A stretch of DNA of 32,000 bases from Candidatus Nanoarchaeia archaeon (GCA_028279745.1 JANQNC010000001.1:630001-662000); one strand, 5' to 3'; counted from the stretch's first letter, positions 16,109-23,906 are shown. Numbers and translations are program-made. Notes: a model not told the origin generated them from the sequence alone.

Positions 16109-17401
16109 CTAAAGAAATGGTGCAATGTCTTTCTGTTTAGGTATATGATTAATGAAATAAATGTGTCTAAAGGAAGGGTGAGAGTAAAGTTTAATTCTAC
16201 CCGAAACTTTGTACTCCAAGACATCTTCACCATGTATCTTGCACGGCTTCTTTTTCATCTGTCTTGCACCATTAAGTATGTTGCCATCGCAAAAACTCTC
16301 AAGATGAGATATGCAATGCTCCCAAGTCTTAGCAGAGTCTGTTGCATTTGTGACTAAAGTAACGATGGGGTAATGATAGTCTGCACTACGGTCTAGTGCA
16401 TTGTCAGTTACAATAACCGAGTAATAATTATCAATATCAAGTTTCTTACATATGTCTGTGTAGATTTTACCCATAATAAGTTTTGGTTTGTTTGTTTTAT
16501 TCACAAAATTTAGATCAAATGTATTTACACCTAATTTTTTACAAACCCCCTCAAACACATCATCAAGAGTGAGATTCTTAAGATTTAGCTCGCCATCAAA
16601 GGTTTCAATATCACACCCCATCATGTTCAGCAAGTCCCTATGCTTCGCCATCACTTTAGGACGTCTTCCTTTATTCAAACTTTTAATATATGAACTGAAC
16701 CCCTTAGTTAATTCAGCCAGGTGTTCATCCATTTTTTCACTTAGTAACGGAATGTATTTTCGATTCATGACCTCCAACGTCATATGTTCACGTGCATTCG
16801 CTATTAGAGGGACCGAGTATGCGGCATCAAATAAATCCCTAAACCTTCTTTTTGCAGTATCATATTTTGTGGTTCTACTGCCCCAATCAAAAGTTGCTGA
16901 AGAGATTATAGTTGAGTACTTTCGTTTTCCCCTTTTCTTTTTATATGTGTTAACAAAATTAAATAATCCTTTTCTAAGATTGTTGCTTATTTCACAAGTG
17001 TCATCCCAGTCTAAGAAAATAGCTGTTTTATTCTCATTGGTCTGTTCGTGAGATTTTGAAATAGAATAAGATCCAACAATACTCCACTCCCTCATCGCTT
17101 TTTTCGCAGACTCTTCTACACTTAACCCACTTTTTTTCTTATTGGTGACACAGTAATAAAAGAAAGCCACATTGAGCTTGGACCTTGCAAGGAAATGTTT
17201 ATAGATACTTTCAAGTTTTTCTACAGGAAGTCTGCAGTTGTACTTAACTTCTTTACTCCCATCAAAAAGTTCTGTAAAAACACCTACTGCTTCCATAGGG
17301 TGCATCTCAATCTTATCCTTAAAGAGGTTGTCACTATCTACATGGTTGACTTTGTTAAAAAAAGCCTCATATTCCTCAATAAACTGCTCTAAGTTTGCCA
17401 T
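16109..17401 (-). CDS. Orphan 430-aa cytoplasmic protein with HAD-superfamily-like motifs (tentative)
   Basis: Motif I-like AIFLDWDDT (DxDxT, Asp131 at nt 17009-17011). Motif III/IV-like NKPKLIMGKIYTDICKKLDIDNYYSVIVTDNALD resembles KPxP...x20...hhhhGDxxxD. A ~170-aa insert lies between them and a ~125-aa N-terminal extension precedes them. Confidence 0.4.
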   Translation of the reverse strand: MANLEQFIEEYEAFFNKVNHVDSDNLFKDKIEMHPMEAVGVFTELFDGSKEVKYNCRLPVEKLESIYKHFLARSKLNVAFFYYCVTNKKKSGLSVEESAKKAMREWSIVGSYSISKSHEQTNENKTAIFLDWDDTCEISNNLRKGLFNFVNTYKKKRGKRKYSTIISSATFDWGSRTTKYDTAKRRFRDLFDAAYSVPLIANAREHMTLEVMNRKYIPLLSEKMDEHLAELTKGFSSYIKSLNKGRRPKVMAKHRDLLNMMGCDIETFDGELNLKNLTLDDVFEGVCKKLGVNTFDLNFVNKTNKPKLIMGKIYTDICKKLDIDNYYSVIVTDNALDRSADYHYPIVTLVTNATDSAKTWEHCISHLESFCDGNILNGARQMKKKPCKIHGEDVLEYKVSGRIKLYSHPSFRHIYFINHIPKQKDIAPFL

Positions 17402-17559
17402 TTTTAGTTGAAATTACCAAGAACCACCTCTTAGGTAGTTTAAAAGGGATAGTGGGTTATATATAAGGGTTTAGAAAAATATTTAAATAGATTTAATTAT
17501 TTTCTATATAGAAAATAAATAGGTGAAGATATAAATTTTATTTTAATTTTTGGCATAGT

Positions 17560-19551
17560 TTAAGGGAAAAGCCTTACTGAGAAAGAATCCAAATCATATA
17601 GTTGGTTGCCAAACTTGTCAACGCCAACAACAGCGAAATGATAAATCTTGCCTTCAGTTTCAGTTAAAGAAACTTGTATAGGTTTGTAATATGTCTTGGT
17701 TTCCTTGTCAAAATAGAAAACATCTGGATGAGTTACCATATCTGATTCAGTTGTTGCATCTTGAACAGTTGAAAGAACAAGTTTTTCCTCCCTAAAAGCA
17801 TCACTAACTTTCTTAAGATCAACAAGAGGCTTGTAATAAACAACATAGTGATCTATATCAGGGGAAGGACTTTGCTTAAATGATAGCAGTGCTGTTCTTG
17901 GAATTGTTTTAGGAAAACTAACTTCTATTGCAGGAGGTGGTGAAGAGTCATTAATGTACAAAGCAAAGTTAATTGACACATTCTGTATTCCTTCTGATGT
18001 TAAAACTTCATTGTAAGTTGGGATACACATCTTAAAGGTTCGATCATCAAGCCTGCATTCGTTATCAACAGAGTTAACACTTGATAAAATATTATTTTCT
18101 TTATGGACTACAAGCTTGTCTTCAACATCAGAGATGAAAAGATTAGAGATGAAACCTCGTTGAACATTTTCAATATCCGTAATCTCTATCTGTTGATTTG
18201 CTAAGACTGCAAAAGTCTTTGAACCATTTTTTATTATTTCAAACTCACTACCTTCAACAAAAATCTCACACTCACAACCATCATCTTTTGAATTTAAGCA
18301 AGAGTCAAGCTGTTCTCTGAAAGATCGTAATGGATCTAGTTTGTCACACTGATAAGACATTTGCCAGCCATTAAAAGCAGCTTCGTTAGCTACACACTCA
18401 CTAAGAGCATAAGAGTCTGTTACTGTCAGATCTTGTTTTGAGTTACATGTATCTGATAGCTGTTTTGCCAATCTTACATAAGCAGAGTAGTTTAATGAGG
18501 ATTTTTCAAAAGGAATATTGAAGTAAGGCATCCTTGAATATAATCCAACAGTCCCGAATGTTGTCTCGACATCTCTCCCCAATGATTCTTGCAATGCGTT
18601 GAAAGGGTTTACAGCTCTTCCGTTGTACTGATCTTGATAAATTCCAAAATGCAAGTGGGGTTGAGTGTTATCAGGAATTCCGCAAGTGTTTCCTGGTTTA
18701 GTGGAGTCGCAATCAGTGTAACATCCTAAATTATCACCTACCGTGCCAAGAATTTCGCCAGCGTTAATTGTATCTCCAACTCTCCAAACTCTGTCTTCAT
18801 CAGTGTTAATACCATACTTCTCTAAATGAGCATAATAGAAATAGTTGCCTTCACTATCTCTTACGCCTATCCTATTACCACCCCATTCATTACACCCTAT
18901 CCGTTCAATCCTTCCTGAGACTGATGCTATTACAGGTGTACCCATAGGTGCAAAAATATCTGTGCCTTCGTGAAGTCTTCCGCCGGGCCTTTCATAACCC
19001 CAATCGTTCTCAAAATAATATTTTTCTTTAACCGGGAAATATTCTAGTTTGCCATCATAGAAAGCACCTTGACCAACCTTAACTGTTATAGGTGCGACAG
19101 GAGTTGCTAGAATTCTGTCTTCTGTAATGTTTATCTTATAGTTATTTTTCTTTAACCTGAAGTTAGCCTCGTAAATATCCAAAGGACTGTTAAGGTTATT
19201 GTTGAATATTGATACAAAATTGTTTGGAATATTATCTAAGTTGTAAACCGTGGATTCGTTTGACCATAATGTGAAACCATAATAACTATTTTCCATTTCT
19301 GCACTGCCGCCCTGATTTCCCAAATCATACAATGATTGCTGAGATGAAATAACTGCAGAATCTGTAATGTAGTTTACTGCTTTCTCAGCATCTGCATATC
19401 TGTTAAAAAGATCTACCTGTCTCTCTCCAACATACCCATCTTGAACATAATCAAACTGTTTTACAGAAAGAACCCTATAACTTGCAATCATAAAAACCAA
19501 GAATCCCAAAACTAGGAAAAGATTGAAAAATTGGGATTTCTTATTTAACAT
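17560..19551 (-). CDS. Prepilin-like N-terminus fused to an M23 (LytM/lysostaphin-type) metallopeptidase and a C-terminal FN3-like domain
   Basis: Trimmed start MLNKKSQFFNLFLVLGFLVFMIA (ATG 19551, 1 nt after the upstream stop). Catalytic HEGTDIFAPMGTPV (HxxxD, nt ~18958-18972) and QPHLHFGIY (HxH, nt 18647-18658). C-terminal DIDHYVVYYKP...YHFAVVGVDKFGNQ is FN3-like. Confidence 0.8.
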   Translation of the reverse strand: MLNKKSQFFNLFLVLGFLVFMIASYRVLSVKQFDYVQDGYVGERQVDLFNRYADAEKAVNYITDSAVISSQQSLYDLGNQGGSAEMENSYYGFTLWSNESTVYNLDNIPNNFVSIFNNNLNSPLDIYEANFRLKKNNYKINITEDRILATPVAPITVKVGQGAFYDGKLEYFPVKEKYYFENDWGYERPGGRLHEGTDIFAPMGTPVIASVSGRIERIGCNEWGGNRIGVRDSEGNYFYYAHLEKYGINTDEDRVWRVGDTINAGEILGTVGDNLGCYTDCDSTKPGNTCGIPDNTQPHLHFGIYQDQYNGRAVNPFNALQESLGRDVETTFGTVGLYSRMPYFNIPFEKSSLNYSAYVRLAKQLSDTCNSKQDLTVTDSYALSECVANEAAFNGWQMSYQCDKLDPLRSFREQLDSCLNSKDDGCECEIFVEGSEFEIIKNGSKTFAVLANQQIEITDIENVQRGFISNLFISDVEDKLVVHKENNILSSVNSVDNECRLDDRTFKMCIPTYNEVLTSEGIQNVSINFALYINDSSPPPAIEVSFPKTIPRTALLSFKQSPSPDIDHYVVYYKPLVDLKKVSDAFREEKLVLSTVQDATTESDMVTHPDVFYFDKETKTYYKPIQVSLTETEGKIYHFAVVGVDKFGNQLYDLDSFSVRLFP

Positions 19552-19552
19552 T

Positions 19553-20050
19553 TTAGTTATACCTCTGCAACTCAACATAAGCAGTCTTATTTATTGAAAC
19601 AGGAACATAAGCGTCAACTGAAGTTGTTGGCGTACCACCAGCACCAGCACCAGAACCTGCAAAACGATCAGGATACCCTTTTTTTTCGTAAATACTTATT
19701 TCGTATCCTACTTCAATCTCATTACTTCCCTTTTTGTAAATATAGATTGCTGAAGACAGCGCTTCGGTTGTCTTATTGTCAAGAATTCCTCTTAATGATC
19801 TATCGTTATAGGTTAAGGCAATCAACTCAGACATCTTAATTGTTTTATTGTTTACATCAACGGGCGTCCTAAGATAGTTAAGCAATACTAAGTTGGATGA
19901 AACCTCATTTGCTTTGCCCTCAATAGCGACTTCTCCCCTGTCACCTTGAACTGTAAACAAGACAAAGAAAACTGCTGCAATAGACACAAATGCAAGTATT
20001 GAAAATGTGTCAAGGTAAACATTTCCCGCCCAAAGTCCTTTCCTATTCAA
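19553..20050 (-). CDS. Prepilin-like protein (165 aa)
   Basis: TTG start. (M)NRKG-LWAGNVYLDTFSILAFVSIAAVFFVLF. 8-nt overlap with the upstream gene. GSGAGAGG linker near the C-terminus. Confidence 0.6.
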   Translation of the reverse strand: MNRKGLWAGNVYLDTFSILAFVSIAAVFFVLFTVQGDRGEVAIEGKANEVSSNLVLLNYLRTPVDVNNKTIKMSELIALTYNDRSLRGILDNKTTEALSSAIYIYKKGSNEIEVGYEISIYEKKGYPDRFAGSGAGAGGTPTTSVDAYVPVSINKTAYVELQRYN

Positions 20051-20552
20051 CTTCTACCACCACATCTAAATCTAATCTTCCCTTCTCAAGACTATTGTCT
20101 TTATGATACAAAATATAATATGACTTCTGAATATTTTCATACTGCTTGAAAGAAGTCAGAGGAATCCACCTATCATACCACAACTTATTGAAGTAAGAAG
20201 TCGAGATTATATTGTTGTTTTCATCTACTAACTCCCCTTTGAAAGCAATCAAAGGTTGTTGTCTTGCGGTATAGTTAAAGGCTTTTGAAAGTCTATCGTT
20301 GAGCACTGTTTCGTTGCTGAAGTATTGATAGTCTATGATGCCCGGGTGACAGATCTCATCACAGTAAGTAAAACCATTATTGCTAAATAAGACTCTTGAA
20401 ACCATAATCTCAGATTCTGCCTTGGCAGTATCAAATGCGATAGTGAAAAAAGAGCTTATGAAAAAAATAACAACAAAGACAACAATAGCAAGGAAAATAA
20501 AATTAAGAATAAGGTTTGGTTTTTTGAATCCAAGCAACGCTTTCTTATCCAT
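20043..20552 (-). CDS. Prepilin-like protein (169 aa; trimmed start)
   Basis: MDKKA-LLGFKKPNLILNFIFLAIVVFVVIFFI. The ATG at 20552 is preceded by GGGGGAG. 8-nt overlap with the upstream gene. Confidence 0.6.
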   Translation of the reverse strand: MDKKALLGFKKPNLILNFIFLAIVVFVVIFFISSFFTIAFDTAKAESEIMVSRVLFSNNGFTYCDEICHPGIIDYQYFSNETVLNDRLSKAFNYTARQQPLIAFKGELVDENNNIISTSYFNKLWYDRWIPLTSFKQYENIQKSYYILYHKDNSLEKGRLDLDVVVEVE

Positions 20553-21516
20553 AATACTCCCCCACTGCATTCTTAACTTTCAGAGCAAATTCTTTTCTTT
20601 TTTCTAAGTTGTTATATGGGAAGTCCTTGCTGACTTCTACCATAACTGAAACATCTGATTTACTGTTCTTTATGAAAGATTTTTCAGTGATAGTTATGTC
20701 CCCTTTGTCCAATTCATCCATTTCAGAAAATTCGTTGATCAAAAGACAGGCAAACTTCTTGTTCTTTAACGAATCATCTTTGATCTGGATATTAACTTTG
20801 TCTTCTTCAGTCAGAACGAAAGAAACTGTAAACGCTTTGTCTTGAGTAATACTTAACCGCGTAGTTTCAGAAACTTCCACATTATCATTCCGAGTCATAA
20901 AAACAGGATCAGGGATAAGTTGTGATTTAACTGCATTAGCTAAAATCCAAGTCACATTAGCTTCACGATTCTGCTCAATAACCATGCCTGGGAAACTACC
21001 TTGGTAAGAAGGATCTAAAACGACACCTTCCTTTTCTTTTCTGAAATTCTTATTTAGTGCTTCTGCGCAACCTAGTCTGTCTGATACGAATTTTATCTCT
21101 CCACCACTTATTGAAAGTGTGTTTGATGATTTTTTGAAGCTGATATCTGAATTGTTTATGAGATTTAGATGAGTGTAAGCTACAGATTGTTCTAGATTAG
21201 AATCAGACACGTAGGGAAAACTTATTCCATTAACGGGTTCTTTAAAGAAAATAGTTGCTTTCCCACCTTCAAAGCTAGCGCTGAAATTATTTATCCTGCC
21301 AGTGTAAATATAATTTACATCACCTGGTGCACCATATATGGATGTGGTCATCAAACCTACTTCCTTAGCAAGATAAATCTTATCAAACAAAATATCATTC
21401 TTAATATCACTAAGTTTAACTGAAAAAGAGATAAAAACAGTAAGAACTAACGCAATTTCCATCAAAACCCACAACATACTATGGGTTTGTGCTCTTTTAC
21501 CTAACCCCTTTTTCAT
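20545..21516 (-). CDS. Prepilin-like protein with a C-terminal domain resembling a degenerate Amidase_3 (MurNAc-L-Ala amidase) fold
   Basis: N-terminus MKKGLGKRA-QTHSMLWVLMEIALVLTVFISF. The C-terminal half reads VVLDPSYQG..PGMVIEQNRE...FMTRNDNVEVSETTRL...AFTVSFVL...NIQIK...KKFACLLINEF...SDVSVMVEVS...EKRKEFALKVKNAVGEYY. This parallels the Amidase_3 consensus (iDpGHGG..E..tR.D..v.l..R...dlfiSiHaN..evyy..lA..i...pavLvE..k.a.ai..gi..y), but the His positions are replaced. Confidence 0.55.
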   Translation of the reverse strand: MKKGLGKRAQTHSMLWVLMEIALVLTVFISFSVKLSDIKNDILFDKIYLAKEVGLMTTSIYGAPGDVNYIYTGRINNFSASFEGGKATIFFKEPVNGISFPYVSDSNLEQSVAYTHLNLINNSDISFKKSSNTLSISGGEIKFVSDRLGCAEALNKNFRKEKEGVVLDPSYQGSFPGMVIEQNREANVTWILANAVKSQLIPDPVFMTRNDNVEVSETTRLSITQDKAFTVSFVLTEEDKVNIQIKDDSLKNKKFACLLINEFSEMDELDKGDITITEKSFIKNSKSDVSVMVEVSKDFPYNNLEKRKEFALKVKNAVGEYYG

Positions 21517-21538
21517 ATATACAATATTATATTACCGT

Positions 21539-21549
21539 GTTTATAAATG
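21539..21549 (-). promoter_or_regulatory. TATA-box candidate inside the pilin-like cluster (upstream of 20545..21516)
   Basis: The minus strand reads CATTTATAAAC in the 40-nt gap, ~25-30 nt upstream of the ATG at 21516. Confidence 0.3.
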
Positions 21550-21556
21550 TTATTCC

Positions 21557-22156
21557 TTAAGAAGAGAAAGTCAGAGTTATAATCTCGTTAGATTCCTTCT
21601 TATTAATCATGAACTCTTGACTGCCGAAATCAGATGTAGGATAAAGAATAAAATTCAAGTTTCCTGATGATTTGTAATCTTTAGCATTACTGAAGAATTT
21701 TGTCAAATCTTTATTTACAACAAATACAACCTTCTTATTGTAACCAACACAATCAATAGGATCTTCAAACCTACGATCATTTTGCTTGAAGTAACACAGA
21801 CAAGATTCCTGCAGACCACAAAGCAAAGGTTTAGGCAAGAAATCATCGACAGTTCTTGAAGAAGGACAGTCATTATCAAACTTATCATTACAATCATAAG
21901 AATAAGCAACAACTTTCACACTATTATCAAAACTGACAATTAGTGAGGAAGTGAGTTCTTCTTCTGACCTAATCAACTCATCAACATTTGTTGAGAGCCT
22001 ATCAAAATTATTCTTAGAAAGCTCTGATACTTTACTTCCAAAAAAGAAATCATAGATCCCTCCAAATAAAGGAGTGAAAATCCCTAAAAGAATAACTGCA
22101 AAAATAGCCAAACCTATAACCGTTTCAGTAGGAATCTTAATACCTTTCTTATTCAT
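21557..22156 (-). CDS. Prepilin-like Cys-rich protein (199 aa; trimmed start), paralog of 23010..23732
   Basis: MNKKG-IKIPTETVIGLAIFAVILLGIF. The ATG at 22156 is 1 nt after the upstream stop. Shares the motif DFLPKPLLCGLQESCLCYFKQND with FKIPKPAECGDKACICNYEDD in 23010..23732. Confidence 0.65.
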   Translation of the reverse strand: MNKKGIKIPTETVIGLAIFAVILLGIFTPLFGGIYDFFFGSKVSELSKNNFDRLSTNVDELIRSEEELTSSLIVSFDNSVKVVAYSYDCNDKFDNDCPSSRTVDDFLPKPLLCGLQESCLCYFKQNDRRFEDPIDCVGYNKKVVFVVNKDLTKFFSNAKDYKSSGNLNFILYPTSDFGSQEFMINKKESNEIITLTFSS

Positions 22157-22157
22157 T

Positions 22158-22367
22158 TTAACCAAAGTTCTGACATTCAGGCAAACCAGGATTATTAATA
22201 CAAGTAGAAAGATTTGTAATAGTCTCATTTTTAGGAGTTAAACCCGCAATGTTTTGTAAAACGTTACCAATCTGTTCTCTAAAAACCCATGCCATCAACG
22301 CAAGAAACAATAAAGCTAGGATAAACATAACCATCCAAAACTGAAGTTCTGCTCTCTTATCCATCAT
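22158..22367 (-). CDS. Small prepilin-like / membrane protein (69 aa), paralog of 23729..23887
   Basis: MMDKRA-ELQFWMVMFILALLFLALMAWVFREQIGNVLQNIAG. The FR(E/D)QIG motif after the helix is shared with the 52-aa ORF at 23729..23887. Confidence 0.6.
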   Translation of the reverse strand: MMDKRAELQFWMVMFILALLFLALMAWVFREQIGNVLQNIAGLTPKNETITNLSTCINNPGLPECQNFG

Positions 22368-22370
22368 ATA

Positions 22371-22658
22371 TCACCCAAATATAGGAATGCAACACTGTCC
22401 ATCTTTGTCTTGATCTGTTGTTGTGCCAACATATTTACAACCAGGAGTCAGAAGAACTGTTTCGTTTGAAGCGCACCTCTTATCATCCTTATCATCCATA
22501 CATGTACCTTTCTTAGCCTCACAACTGTTCAAGCCCTGTGAAAATCTTCCAGACTGAGTTGAAAAAATCCAACCTATAACCACTAAAGCAATCAAAGCTA
22601 AGACTGCGATAACAATAACGTTAATGGGCATTCCCTGCCCATTCTTAGAAAAAAACAT
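22371..22658 (-). CDS. Small Cys-rich pilin candidate B (95 aa)
   Basis: MFFSKNG-QGMPINVIVIAVLALIALVVIGWIF, then a ~60-aa head with 6 Cys ending GQCCIPIFG. AGGAG lies 9 nt upstream of the ATG. Paralogous to 22663..22953. Confidence 0.7.
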   Translation of the reverse strand: MFFSKNGQGMPINVIVIAVLALIALVVIGWIFSTQSGRFSQGLNSCEAKKGTCMDDKDDKRCASNETVLLTPGCKYVGTTTDQDKDGQCCIPIFG

Positions 22659-22662
22659 TTGT

Positions 22663-22953
22663 TTACTCTCCTATCTTAAGACAACAGTACTGCGGTTGAT
22701 CATCCACATTTCTACAGTTAAGTCCTGTTGTGTCTCTTATGTATCCGTCAATCAAATCCCCATCTGCGCTTGTCTGACATCCAGAATCAGTCGTACAGAT
22801 GTAGTTTCCCGGCTGGCTTTCACAATCACTAACTTGTGTGCTAAAGAAACCTAACCTTGACATGAATATAACACCAACTACAACTAAAACAAGCATAACC
22901 AAAATAGCGATGATAATAACATTCATCGGCAAACCTTGAGCTTTTTTATCCAT
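22663..22953 (-). CDS. Small Cys-rich pilin candidate A (96 aa; trimmed start)
   Basis: MDKKA-QGLPMNVIIIAILVMLVLVVVGVIF, then a ~65-aa head with 7 Cys ending PQYCCLKIGE. The ATG at 22953 is preceded by GAGGTGATTATC. The track start at 22962 is a GTG. Confidence 0.7.
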   Translation of the reverse strand: MDKKAQGLPMNVIIIAILVMLVLVVVGVIFMSRLGFFSTQVSDCESQPGNYICTTDSGCQTSADGDLIDGYIRDTTGLNCRNVDDQPQYCCLKIGE

Positions 22954-22996
22954 GATAATCACCTCTCTAATAGTATATGAAAAATGGCAATGTTAG

Positions 22997-23006
22997 TTTA
23001 TAAAGG
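22997..23006 (-). promoter_or_regulatory. TATA-box candidate driving the two small pilin genes
   Basis: The minus strand reads CCTTTATAAA in the 47-nt gap upstream of pilin A, ~45-55 nt before the ATG at 22953, with a GGTGAT Shine-Dalgarno site in between. Confidence 0.4.
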
Positions 23007-23009
23007 TTT

Positions 23010-23732
23010 CTACTTATTCAGACTATCTATATACTTAACTCTAGAATCTACATCAGAAGTTCTTGAAGAGATAAAAACTTCAGTGTAACCAGTTAGTTTA
23101 GTTTTTTGCACAAACAGCTCAAGTCTTGATCCAAATTCTGGTTTATTCGTTCCGCCAGTGCCGCCATTAAAGATCACAAGATAAGTTAAAGGATCTTGAC
23201 CAACTCTCACGCCGTGATTAAAAGGGTCTTCAGGAGATGCTCTGAAATTAATATCACCATCAAAAGTTATACATGAATCAACAATAAAATTGTCATTGTG
23301 GTCATCACCTTCAAAAGTGTCACCCCAACCATCATCCTCATAGTTACAAATACATGCTTTGTCTCCGCATTCAGCAGGTTTAGGAATCTTAAAATTCTTA
23401 TCAGCATCAGTTGTGCCCCCACTAGGACAGAGATTAGGAGATGAGGCTAGACATCTGGTGTCAAAACCAACCATGGCAGTCTCTTTATCAAGCCAGAACT
23501 CATCAATAGACCTGTAAGATTCATCTTTATCATCTGTCAAAAGAGAGTTAATCGTGGTTCTTAGGTTTATGATATCTGTGGTTTTCTTTGTTGCATTCTC
23601 ATCATTAAAGAAGTTAAATTTCCCAGCTAACTCTCTTATCTTTCCAGGACCTATCGCAATTGAAACTATCAAAAGAAAAATCATCAAACCTGCAAAAACC
23701 AGCTGCCAACTTAAAGCTCCTTTTTTCATCAT
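23010..23732 (-). CDS. Prepilin-like Cys-rich protein (240 aa), paralog of 21557..22156
   Basis: MMKKG-ALSWQLVFAGLMIFLLIVSIAI. Contains the PKPAECGDKACICNYEDD motif. Its ATG overlaps the stop of the 52-aa ORF (ATGA at 23729-23732). Confidence 0.65.
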   Translation of the reverse strand: MMKKGALSWQLVFAGLMIFLLIVSIAIGPGKIRELAGKFNFFNDENATKKTTDIINLRTTINSLLTDDKDESYRSIDEFWLDKETAMVGFDTRCLASSPNLCPSGGTTDADKNFKIPKPAECGDKACICNYEDDGWGDTFEGDDHNDNFIVDSCITFDGDINFRASPEDPFNHGVRVGQDPLTYLVIFNGGTGGTNKPEFGSRLELFVQKTKLTGYTEVFISSRTSDVDSRVKYIDSLNK

Positions 23733-23887
23733 CCACCACCAAAAGTAAGAGTTTCGGCAATCTTTTCTATGCCTCTACCGATCTGATCACGGAAAAAGAA
23801 CAAAACAATAAGCAAGACAACTAATAAGATAATTACATAAATCCACTTACCCAATTTGTCCCACATATTCTGTGCTTTTTTATTCAT
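23729..23887 (-). CDS. Small prepilin-like protein (52 aa), absent from the ORF track
   Basis: Hand translation: MNKKAQNMWDKLGKWIYVIILLVVLLIVLFFFRDQIGRGIEKIAETLTFGGG. GAGGGT lies 4-5 nt upstream and a TATA-like run is further upstream. Confidence 0.6.
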   Translation of the reverse strand: MNKKAQNMWDKLGKWIYVIILLVVLLIVLFFFRDQIGRGIEKIAETLTFGGG

Positions 23888-23906
23888 AATAACCCTCTTA
23901 GTCTTC

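Noticed and set aside
16076-17392. Plus-strand ORFs 16076..16357, 16488..17051 and 17195..17392.
   Set aside because: They lie entirely within, and antisense to, the 430-aa minus-strand ORF, and their composition is hydrophobic and low-complexity.
17499-17516. A perfect 18-bp palindrome ATTTTCTATATAGAAAAT in the gap downstream of the pilin-like cluster and upstream of the HAD-like gene.
   Set aside because: It is pure A/T sequence in an AT-rich intergenic region. It is most simply a bidirectional TATA-like or terminator-proximal element, and there is no second copy in the window. It is not strong enough to call as a specific operator.
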